DNA of 64,000 nucleotides from the human T2T-CHM13v2.0 reference genome, Homo sapiens. This document shows, one piece after another, positions 11,088-23,323 of this stretch. A program made the position numbers and the translations under genes. The notes beneath the pieces are model-generated. The model saw only the letters and a program-made list of their open reading frames with translations, was not told the origin of the DNA and made no database searches. How positions within the stretch are numbered: the stretch's first letter is position 1; the number at the start of each line of letters is the position of its first letter. The stretch is taken from the NCBI RefSeq assembly GCF_009914755.1, contig NC_060925.1. One strand, 5' to 3'.

Positions 11088-14000
11088 GAATTCTCAGTAA
11101 CTTCCTTGTGTTGTGTGTATTCAACTGACAGAGTTGAACTTTCATTTGGAGAGAGCAGATTTGAAACACTGTTTTTGTGGAATTTGCAAGTGGAGATTTC
11201 AAGCGCTTTGGGGCCCAAGGCAGAAAAGGAAATATCTTCGTATAAAAACTAGACAGAATCATTCTCAGAAACTGCTGCGTGATGTGTGCGTTCAACTCTC
11301 AGAGTTTAACTTTTCTTTTCATTCAGCGGTTTGGAAACACTCTGTTTGTAAAGTCTGCACGTGGATATTTTGACCACTTAGAGGCCTTCGTTGGAAACGG
11401 GTTTTTTTCATGTAAGGCTAGACAGAAGAATTCCCAGTAACTTCCTTGTGTTGTGTGCATTCAACTCACAGAGTTGAACGTTCCCTTAGACAGAGCAGAT
11501 TTGAAACACTCTATTTGTGCAATTTGCAAGTGTAGATTTCAAGCGCTTTAAGGTCAACGGCAGAAAAGGAAATATCTTCGTTTCAAAACTAGACAGAATC
11601 ATTCCCACAAACTGCGTTGTGATGTGTTCGTTCAACTCACAGAGTTTAACCTTTCTGTTCATAGAACAGTTAGGAAACACTCTGTTTGTAAAGTCTGTAA
11701 GTGGATATTCTGACATCTTGTGGCCTTCGTTGGAAACGGGATTTCTTCATATTCTGCTAGACAGAAGAATTCTCAGTAACTTCCTTGTGTTGTGTGTATT
11801 CAACTCACAGAGTTGAACGATCCTTTACACAGAGCAGACTTGAAACACTCTTTTTGTCGAATTTGCAAGTGGAGATTTCAGCCGCTTTGAGGTCAATGGT
11901 AGAAAAGGAAACTATCTTCATATAAAGACTAGACAGAATGATTCTCAGAAAATCTTTTGTGATGTGTGCGTTCAACTCACAGAGTTTAACTTTTCTTCTC
12001 ATAGAGCAGTTAGGAAACACTCTGTTTGTAAAGTCTGCAAGTGTATATTCAGACCTCTTTGAGGCCTTCGTTGGAAACGGGATTTCGTCATATTATGCTA
12101 GACAGAATAATTCTCAGTAACTTCCTTGTGTTGTGTGTATTCAACTCACAGAGTTGAAGGATCCTTTACAGAGAGCAGGCTTGAAACACTCTTTTTGTCG
12201 AATTTGCAAGTGGAGATTTCAGCCGCTTTGAGGTCAATGGTAGAATAGGAAATATCTTCTTATAGAAACTAGACAAAATGATTCTCATGAACTCCTTTGT
12301 GATGTGTGCGTTCAACTCACAGAGTTTAACCTTTCTTTTCATAGAGCAGTTAGGAAACACTCTGTTTGTAAAGTCTGCAAGTGGATATTCAGACCTCCTT
12401 GAGGCCTTCGTTGGAAACGGGATTTCTTCATATTCTGCTAGACAGAAGAATTCTCATTAACTTCCTTGTGTTGTGTTTATTCAACTCACAGAGTTGAATG
12501 ATCCTTTACACAGAGCAGACTTGAAACACTCTTTTTGTGGAATTTGCAAGTGGAGATTTCAGCCGCTTTGAGGTCAATGGTAGAAAAGTAAATATCTTCG
12601 TATAAAGACTAGACAGAATGATTCTCAGAAACTCCTTTGTGATGTGTGCGTTCAACTCACAGACTTTAACCTTTCTGTTCATAGAGCAGTTAGGAAACAC
12701 TCTGTTTGTAAAGTCTGCAAGTGGATATTCAGACCTCCTTGAGGCCTTCGTTGGAAACGGGATTTCTTCCTATTCTGCTAGACAGAAGAATTCTCAGTAA
12801 CTTCCTTGTGTTGTGTGTATTCAACTCACAGAGTTGAACGATCCTTTACACAGAGCAGACTTGAAACACTCTTTTTGTGGAATTTGCAAGTGGAGATTTC
12901 AGCCGCTTTGAGGTCAATAGTAGAAAAGGAAATATCTTCGTAGAAAAACTAGACAGAATGATTCTCAGAAACTCCTTTGTGATGTGTGCGTTCAACTCAC
13001 AGAGTTTAACCTTTCTTTTCATAGAGCAGTTAGTAAACACTCTGTTTATAAAGTCTGCAAGTGGATATTCAGACCCCTTTGAGGCCTTCGTTGGAAACGG
13101 GATTTCTTCATATTCTGCTAGACAGAAGAATTCTCAGTAACTTCCTTGTGTTGTGTGTATTCAACTGACAGAGTTGAACTTTCATTTAGAGAGAGCAGAT
13201 TTGAAACACTGTTTTTGTGGAATTTGCAAGTGGAGATTTCAAGCGCTTTGGGGCCAAAGGCAGAAAAGGAAATATCTTCGTATAAAAACTAGACAGAATC
13301 ATTCTCAGAAACTGCTGCGTGATGTGTGCGTTCAACTCTCAGAGTTTAACTTTTCTTTTCATTCAGCGGTTTGGAAACACTCTGTTTGTAAAGTCTGCAC
13401 GTGGATATTTTGACCACTTAGAGGCCTTCGTTGGAAACGGGTTTTTTTCATGTAAGGCTAGACAGAAGAATTCCCAGTAACTTCCTTGTGTTGTGTGCAT
13501 TCAACTCACAGAGTTGAACGTTCCCTTAGACAGAGCAGATTTGAAACACTCTATTTGTGCAATTTGCAAGTGTAGATTTCAAGCGCTTTAAGGTCAACGG
13601 CAGAAAAGGAAATATCTTCGTTTCAAAACTAGACAGAATCATTCCCACAAACTGCGTTGTGATGTGTTCGTTCAACTCACAGAGTTTAACCTTTCTGTTC
13701 ATAGAGCAGTTAGGAAACACTCTGTTTGTAAAGTCTGTAAGTGGATATTCTGACATCTTGTGGCCTTCGTTGGAAACGGGATTTCTTCATATTCTGCTAG
13801 ACAGAAGAATTCTCAGTAACTTCCTTGTGTTGTGTGTATTCAACTCACAGAGTTGAACGATCCTTTACACAGAGCAGACTTGAAACACTCTTTTTGTGGA
13901 ATTTGCAAGTGGAGATTTCAGCCGCTTTGAGGTCAATGGTAGAAAAGGAAATATCTTCGTATAAAGACTAGACAGAATGATTCTCAGAAACTCCTTTGTG

Positions 14001-17000
14001 ATGTGTGCGTTCAACTCACAGAGTTTAACTTTTCTTTTCAAAGAGCAGTTAGGAAACACTCTCTTTGTAAAGTCTGCAAGTGGATATTCAGACCTCTTTG
14101 AGGCCTTCGTTGGAAACGGGATTTCTTCATATTCTGCTAGACAGAAGAATTCTCAGTAACTTCCTTGTGTTGTGTGTATTCAACTCACAGAGTTGAACGA
14201 TCCTTTACACAGAGCAGACTTGAAACATTCTTTTTGTGGAATTTGCAAGTGGAGATTTCAGCCGCTTTGAGTTCAATGGTAGAATAGGAAATATCTTCCT
14301 ATAGAAACTAGACAGAACGATTCTCAGAAACTCCGTTGTGATGTGTGCGTTCAACTCACAGAGTTTAACCTTTCTTTTCATAGAGCAGTTAGGAAACACT
14401 CTGTTTGTAAAGTCTGCAAGTGGATATTCAGACCTCTTTGAGGCCTTCGTTGGAAACGGGATTTCTTCCTATTCTGCTAGACAGAAGAATTCTCAGTAAC
14501 TTCCTTGTGTTGTGTGTATTCAACTCACAGAGTTGAACGATCCTTTACACAGAGCAGACTTGAAACACTCTTTTTGTGGAATTTGCAAGTGGAGATTTCA
14601 GCCGCTTTGAGGTCAATAGTAGAAAAGGAAATATCTTCGTAGAAAAACTAGACAGAATGATTCTCAGAAACTCCTTTGTGATGTGTGTGTTCAACTCACA
14701 GAGTTTAACCTTTCTTTTCATAGAGCAGTTAGTAAACACTCTGTTTATAAAGTCTGCAAGTGGATATTCAGACCCCTTTGAGGCCTTCGTTGGAAACGGG
14801 ATTTCTTCATATTCTGCTAGACAGAAGAATTCTCAGTAACTTCCTTGTGTTGTGTGTATTCAACTGACAGAGTTGAACTTTCATTTAGAGAGAGCAGATT
14901 TGAAACACTGTTTTTGTGGAATTTGCAAGTGGAGATTTCAAGCGCTTTGGGGCCAAAGGCAGAAAAGGAAATATCTTCGTATAAAAACTAGACAGAATCA
15001 TTCTCAGAAACTGCTGCGTGATGTGTGCGTTCAACTCTCAGAGTTTAACTTTTCTTTTCATTCAGCGGTTTGGAAACACTCTGTTTGTAAAGTCTGCACG
15101 TGGATATTTTGACCACTTAGAGGCCTTCGTTGGAAACGGGTTTTTTTCATGTAAGGCTAGACAGAAGAATTCCCAGTAACTTCCTTGTGTTGTGTGCATT
15201 CAACTCACAGAGTTGAACGTTCCCTTAGACAGAGCAGATTTGAAACACTCTATTTGTGCAATTTGCAAGTGTAGATTTCAAGCGCTTTAAGGTCAACGGC
15301 AGAAAAGGAAATATCTTCGTTTCAAAACTAGACAGAATCATTCCCACAAACTGCGTTGTGATGTGTTCGTTCAACTCACAGAGTTTAACCTTTCTGTTCA
15401 TAGAGCAGTTAGGAAACACTCTGTTTGTAAAGTCTGTAAGTGGATATTCTGACATCTTGTGGCCTTCGTTGGAAACGGGATTTCTTCATATTCTGCTAGA
15501 CAGAAGAATTCTCAGTAACTTCCTTGTGTTGTGTGTATTCAACTCACAGAGTTGAACGATCCTTTACACAGAGCAGACTTGAAACACTCTTTTTGTGGAA
15601 TTTGCAAGTGGAGATTTCAGCCGCTTTGAGGTCAATGGTAGAAAAGGAAATATCTTCGTATAAAGACTAGACAGAATGATTCTCAGAAACTCCTTTGTGA
15701 TGTGTGCGTTCAACTCACAGAGTTTAACTTTTCTTTTCAAAGAGCAGTTAGGAAACACTCTCTTTGTAAAGTCTGCAAGTGGATATTCAGACCTCTTTGA
15801 GGCCTTCGTTGGAAACGGGATTTCTTCATATTCTGCTAGACAGAAGAATTCTCAGTAACTTCCTTGTGTTGTGTGTATTCAACTCACAGAGTTGAACGAT
15901 CCTTTACACAGAGCAGACTTGAAACATTCTTTTTGTGGAATTTGCAAGTGGAGATTTCAGCCGCTTTGAGGTCAATGTTAGAATAGGAAATATCTTCCTA
16001 TAGAAACTAGACAGAACGATTCTCAGAAACTCCGTTGTGATGTGTGCGTTCAACTCACAGAGTTTAACCTTTCTTTTCATAGAGCAGTTAGGAAACACTC
16101 TGTTTGTAAAGTCTGCAAGTGGATATTCAGACCTCTTTGAGGCCTTCGTTGGAAACGGGATTTCTTCCTATTCTGCTAGACAGAAGAATTCTCAGTAACT
16201 TCCTTGTGTTGTGTGTATTCAACTCACAGAGTTGAACGATCCTTTACACAGAGCAGACTTGAAACACTCTTTTTGTGGAATTTGCAAGTGGAGATTTCAG
16301 CCGCTTTGAGGTCAATAGTAGAAAAGGAAATATCTTCGTAGAAAAACTAGACAGAATGATTCTCAGAAACTCCTTTGTGATGTGTGTGTTCAACTCACAG
16401 AGTTTAACCTTTCTTTTCATAGAGCAGTTAGTAAACACTCTGTTTATAAAGTCTGCAAGTGGATATTCAGACCCCTTTGAGGCCTTCGTTGGAAACGGGA
16501 TTTCTTCATATTCTGCTAGACAGAAGAATTCTCAGTAACTTCCTTGTGTTGTGTGTATTCAACTGACAGAGTTGAACTTTCATTTGGAGAGAGCAGATTT
16601 GAAACACTGTTTTTGTGGAATTTGCAAGTGGAGATTTCAAGCGCTTTGGGGCCAAAGGCAGAAAAGGAAATATCTTCGTATAAAAACTAGACAGAATCAT
16701 TCTCAGAAACTGCTGCGTGATGTGTGCGTTCAACTCTCAGAGTTTAACTTTTCTTTTCATTCAGCGGTTTGGAAACACTCTGTTTGTAAAGTCTGCACGT
16801 GGATATTTTGACCACTTAGAGGCCTTCGTTGGAAACGGGTTTTTTTCATGTAAGGCTAGACAGAAGAATTCCCAGTAACTTCCTTGTGTTGTGTGCATTC
16901 AACTCACAGAGTTGAACGTTCCCTTAGACAGAGCAGATTTGAAACACTCTATTTGTGCAATTTGCAAGTGTAGATTTCAAGCGCTTTAAGGTCAACGGCA

Positions 17001-20000
17001 GAAAAGGAAATATCTTCGTTTCAAAACTAGACAGAATCATTCCCACAAACTGCGTTGTGATGTGTTCGTTCAACTCACAGAGTTTAACCTTTCTGTTCAT
17101 AGAGCAGTTAGGAAACACTCTGTTTGTAAAGTCTGTAAGTGGATATTCTGACATCTTGTGGCCTTCGTTGGAAACGGGATTTCTTCATATTCTGCTAGAC
17201 AGAAGAATTCTCAGTAACTTCCTTGTGTTGTGTGTATTCAACTCACAGAGTTGAACGATCCTTTACACAGAGCAGACTTGAAACACTCTTTTTGTGGAAT
17301 TTGCAAGTGGAGATTTCAGCCGCTTTGAGGTCAATGGTAGAAAAGGAAACTATCTTCATATAAAGACTAGACAGAATGATTCTCAGAAAATCTTTTCTGA
17401 TGTGTGCGTTCAACTCACAGAGTTTAACTTTTCTTCTCATAGAGCAGTTAGGAAACACTCTGTTTGTAAAGTCTGCAAGTGGATATTCAGACCTCTTTGA
17501 GGCCTTCGTTGGAAACGGGATTTCTTCATATTATGCTAGACAGAATAATTCTCAGTAACTTCCTTGTGTTGTGTGTATTCAACTCACAGAGTTGAAGGAT
17601 CCTTTACAGAGAGCAGGCTTGAAACACTCTTTTTGTCGAATTTGCAAGTGGAGATTTCAGCCGCTTTGAGGTCAATGGTAGAATAGGAAATATCTTCTTA
17701 TAGAAACTAGACAAAATGATTCTCATGAACTCCTTTGTGAAGTGTGCGTTCAACTCACAGAGTTTAACCTTTCTTTTCATAGAGCAGTTAGGAAACACTC
17801 TGTTTGTAAAGTCTGCAAGTGGATATTCAGACCTCCTTGAGGCCTTCGTTGGAAACGGGATTTCTTCATATTCTGCTAGACAGAAGAATTCTCATTAACT
17901 TCCTTGTGTTGTGTTTATTCAACTCACAGAGTTGAATGATCCTTTACACAGAGCAGACTTGAAACACTCTTTTTGTGGAATTTGCAAGTGGAGATTTCAG
18001 CCGCTTTGAGGTCAATGGTAGAAAAGGAAATATCTTCGTATAAAGACTAGACAGAATGATTCTCAGAAACTCCTTTGTGATGTGTGCGTTCAACTCACAG
18101 AGTTTAACCTTTCTGTTCATAGAGCAGTTAGGAAACACTCTGTTTGTAAAGTCTGCAAGTGGATATTCAGACCTCCTTGAGGCCTTCGTTGGAAACGGGA
18201 TTTCTTCATATTCTGCTAGACAGAAGAATTCTCAGTAACTTCCTTGTGTTGTGTGTATTCAACTCACAGAGTTGAACGATCCTTTACACAGAGCAGACTT
18301 GAAACACTCTTTTTGTGGAATTTGCAAGTGGAGATTTCAGCCGCTTTGAGGTCAATAGTAGAAAAGGAAATATCTTCGTAGAAAAACTAGACAGAATGAT
18401 TCTCAGAAACTCCTTTGTGATGTGTGCGTTCAACTCACAGAGTTTAACCTTTCTTTTCATAGAGCAGTTAGTAAACACTCTGTTTATAAAGTCTGCAAGT
18501 GGATATTCAGACCCCTTTGAGGCCTTCGTTGGAAACGGGATTTCTTCATATTATGCTAGACAGAAGAATTCTCAGTAACTTCCTTGTGTTGTGTGTATTC
18601 AACTGACAGAGTTGAACTTTCATTTAGAGAGAGCAGATTTGAAACACTGTTTTTGTGGAATTTGCAAGTGGAGATTTCAAGCGCTTTGGGGCCAAAGGCA
18701 GAAAAGGAAATATCTTCGTATAAAAACTAGACAGAATCATTCTCAGAAACTGCTGCGTGATGTGTGCGTTCAACTCTCAGAGTTTAACTTTTCTTTTCAT
18801 TCAGCGGTTTGGAAACACTCTGTTTGTAAAGTCTGCACGTGGATATTTTGACCACTTAGAGGCCTTCGTTGGAAACGGGTTTTTTTCATGTAAGGCTAGA
18901 CAGAAGAATTCCCAGTAACTTCCTTGTGTTGTGTGCATTCAACTCACAGAGTTGAACGTTCCCTTAGACAGAGCAGATTTGAAACACTCTATTTGTGCAA
19001 TTTGCAAGTGTAGATTTCAAGCGCTTTAAGGTCAACGGCAGAAAAGGAAATATCTTCGTTTCAAAACTAGACAGAATCATTCCCACAAACTGCGTTGTGA
19101 TGTGTTCGTTCAACTCACAGAGTTTAACCTTTCTGTTCATAGAGCAGTTAGGAAACACTCTGTTTGTAAAGTCTGTAAGTGGATATTCTGACATCTTGTG
19201 GCCTTCGTTGGAAACGGGATTTCTTCATATTCTGCTAGACAGAAGAATTCTCAGTAACTTCCTTGTGTTGTGTGTATTCAACTCACAGAGTTGAACGATC
19301 CTTTACACAGAGCAGACTTGAAACACTCTTTTTGTGGAATTTGCAAGTGGAGATTTCAGCCGCTTTGAGGTCAATGGTAGAAAAGGAAATATCTTCGTAT
19401 AAAGACTAGACAGAATGATTCTCAGAAACTCCTTTGTGATGTGTGCGTTCAACTCACAGAGTTTAACTTTTCTTTTCAAAGAGCAGTTAGGAAACACTCT
19501 CTTTGTAAAGTCTGCAAGTGGATATTCAGACCTCTTTGAGGCCTTCGTTGGAAACGGGATTTCTTCATATTCTGCTAGACAGAAGAATTCTCAGTAACTT
19601 CCTTGTGTTGTGTGTATTCAACTCACAGAGTTGAACGATCCTTTACACAGAGCAGACTTGAAACATTCTTTTTGTGGAATTTGCAAGTGGAGATTTCAGC
19701 CGCTTTGAGGTCAATGGTAGAATAGGAAATATCTTCCTATAGAAACTAGACAGAACGATTCTCAGAAACTCCGTTGTGATGTGTGCGTTCAACTCACAGA
19801 GTTTAACCTTTCTTTTCATAGAGCAGTTAGGAAACACTCTGTTTGTAAAGTCTGCAAGTGGATATTCAGACCTCTTTGAGGCCTTCGTTGGAAACGGGAT
19901 TTCTTCCTATTCTGCTAGACAGAAGAATTCTCAGTAACTTCCTTGTGTTGTGTGTATTCAACTCACAGAGTTGAACGATCCTTTACACAGAGCAGACTTG

Positions 20001-21963
20001 AAACACTCTTTTTGTGGAATTTGCAAGTGGAGATTTCAGCCGCTTTGAGGTCAATAGTAGAAAAGGAAATATCTTCGTAGAAAAACTAGACAGAATGATT
20101 CTCAGAAACTCCTTTGTGATGTGTGTGTTCAACTCACAGAGTTTAACCTTTCTTTTCATAGAGCAGTTAGTAAACACTCTGTTTATAAAGTCTGCAAGTG
20201 GATATTCAGACCCCTTTGAGGCCTTCGTTGGAAACGGGATTTCTTCATATTCTGCTAGACAGAAGAATTCTCAGTAACTTCCTTGTGTTGTGTGTATTCA
20301 ACTGACAGAGTTGAACTTTCATTTGGAGAGAGCAGATTTGAAACACTGTTTTTGTGGAATTTGCAAGTGGAGATTTCAAGCGCTTTGGGGCCAAAGGCAG
20401 AAAAGGAAATATCTTCGTATAAAAACTAGACAGAATCATTCTCAGAAACTGCTGCGTGATGTGTGCGTTCAACTCTCAGAGTTTAACTTTTCTTTTCATT
20501 CAGCGGTTTGGAAACACTCTGTTTGTAAAGTCTGCACGTGGATATTTTGACCACTTAGAGGCCTTCGTTGGAAACGGGTTTTTTTCATGTAAGGCTAGAC
20601 AGAAGAATTCCCAGTAACTTCCTTGTGTTGTGTGCATTCAACTCACAGAGTTGAACGTTCCCTTAGACAGAGCAGATTTGAAACACTCTATTTGTGCAAT
20701 TTGCAAGTGTAGATTTCAAGCGCTTTAAGGTCAACGGCAGAAAAGGAAATATCTTCGTTTCAAAACTAGACAGAATCATTCCCACAAACTGCGTTGTGAT
20801 GTGTTCGTTCAACTCACAGAGTTTAACCTTTCTGTTCATAGAGCAGTTAGGAAACACTCTGTTTGTAAAGTCTGTAAGTGGATATTCTGACATCTTGTGG
20901 CCTTCGTTGGAAACGGGATTTCTTCATATTCTGCTAGACAGAAGAATTCTCAGTAACTTCCTTGTGTTGTGTGTATTCAACTCACAGAGTTGAACGATCC
21001 TTTACACAGAGCAGACTTGAAACACTCTTTTTGTGGAATTTGCAAGTGGAGATTTCAGCCGCTTTGAGGTCAATGGTAGAAAAGGAAATATCTTCGTATA
21101 AAGACTAGACAGAATGATTCTCAGAAACTCCTTTGTGATGTGTGCGTTCAACTCACAGAGTTTAACTTTTCTTTTCAAAGAGCAGTTAGGAAACACTCTC
21201 TTTGTAAAGTCTGCAAGTGGATATTCAGACCTCTTTGAGGCCTTCGTTGGAAACGGGATTTCTTCATATTCTGCTAGACAGAAGAATTCTCAGTAACTTC
21301 CTTGTGTTGTGTGTATTCAACTCACAGAGTTGAACGATCCTTTACACAGAGCAGACTTGAAACATTCTTTTTGTGGAATTTGCAAGTGGAGATTTCAGCC
21401 GCTTTGAGGTCAATGGTAGAATAGGAAATATCTTCCTATAGAAACTAGACAGAACGATTCTCAGAAACTCCGTTGTGATGTGTGCGTTCAACTCACAGAG
21501 TTTAACCTTTCTTTTCATAGAGCAGTTAGGAAACACTCTGTTTGTAAAGTCTGCAAGTGGATATTCAGACCTCTTTGAGGCCTTCGTTGGAAACGGGATT
21601 TCTTCCTATTCTGCTAGACAGAAGAATTCTCAGTAACTTCCTTGTGTTGTGTGTATTCAACTCACAGAGTTGAACGATCCTTTACACAGAGCAGACTTGA
21701 AACACTCTTTTTGTGGAATTTGCAAGTGGAGATTTCAGCCGCTTTGAGGTCAATAGTAGAAAAGGAAATATCTTCGTAGAAAAACTAGACAGAATGATTC
21801 TCAGAAACTCCTTTGTGATGTGTGTGTTCAACTCACAGAGTTTAACCTTTCTTTTCATAGAGCAGTTAGTAAACACTCTGTTTATAAAGTCTGCAAGTGG
21901 ATATTCAGACCCCTTTGAGGCCTTCGTTGGAAACGGGATTTCTTCATATTCTGCTAGACAGAA

Positions 21964-23323
21964 GAATTCTCAGTAACTTCCTTGTGTTGTGTGTATTCAA
22001 CTGACAGAGTTGAACTTTCATTTGGAGAGAGCAGATTTGAAACACTGTTTTTGTGGAATTTGCAAGTGGAGATTTCAAGCGCTTTGGGGCCAAAGGCAGA
22101 AAAGGAAATATCTTCGTATAAAAACTAGACAGAATCATTCTCAGAAACTGCTGCGTGATGTGTGCGTTCAACTCTCAGAGTTTAACTTTTCTTTTCATTC
22201 AGCGGTTTGGAAACACTCTGTTTGTAAAGTCTGCACGTGGATATTTTGACCACTTAGAGGCCTTCGTTGGAAACGGGTTTTTTTCATGTAAGGCTAGACA
22301 GAAGAATTCCCAGTAACTTCCTTGTGTTGTGTGCATTCAACTCACAGAGTTGAACGTTCCCTTAGACAGAGCAGATTTGAAACACTCTATTTGTGCAATT
22401 TGCAAGTGTAGATTTCAAGCGCTTTAAGGTCAACGGCAGAAAAGGAAATATCTTCGTTTCAAAACTAGACAGAATCATTCCCACAAACTGCGTTGTGATG
22501 TGTTCGTTCAACTCACAGAGTTTAACCTTTCTGTTCATAGAGCAGTTAGGAAACACTCTGTTTGTAAAGTCTGTAAGTGGATATTCAGACCTCTTTGAGG
22601 CCTTCGTTGGAAACGGGATTTCTTCATATTCTGCTAGACAGAAGAATTCTCAGTAACTTCCTTGTGTTGTGTGTATTCAACTCACAGAGTTGAACGATCC
22701 TTTACACAGAGCAGACTTGAAACATTCTTTTTGTGGAATTTGCAAGTGGAGATTTCAGCCGCTTTGAGGTCAATGGTAGAATAGGAAATATCTTCCTATA
22801 GAAACTAGACAGAACGATTCTCAGAAACTCCGTTGTGATGTGTGCGTTCAACTCACAGAGTTTAACCTTTCTTTTCATAGAGCAGTTAGGAAACACTCTG
22901 TTTGTAAAGTCTGCAAGTGGATATTCAGACCTCTTTGAGGCCTTCGTTGGAAACGGGATTTCTTCCTATTCTGCTAGACAGAAGAATTCTCAGTAACTTC
23001 CTTGTGTTGTGTGTATTCAACTCACAGAGTTGAACGATCCTTTACACAGAGCAGACTTGAAACACTCTTTTTGTGGAATTTGCAAGTGGAGATTTCAGCC
23101 GCTTTGAGGTCAATAGTAGAAAAGGAAATATCTTCGTAGAAAAACTAGACAGAATGATTCTCAGAAACTCCTTTGTGATGTGTGTGTTCAACTCACAGAG
23201 TTTAACCTTTCTTTTCATAGAGCAGTTAGTAAACACTCTGTTTATAAAGTCTGCAAGTGGATATTCAGACCCCTTTGAGGCCTTCGTTGGAAACGGGATT
23301 TCTTCATATTCTGCTAGACAGAA
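21964..23323 (+). repeat. 8-mer HOR variant A-B/F-G-H (1360 bp)
   Basis: Dimer B keeps CTGTAAG (T22574) but continues ATATTCAGACCTCTTTGAGG instead of ATATTCTGACATCTTGTGG, and G follows directly. Confidence 0.9.
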
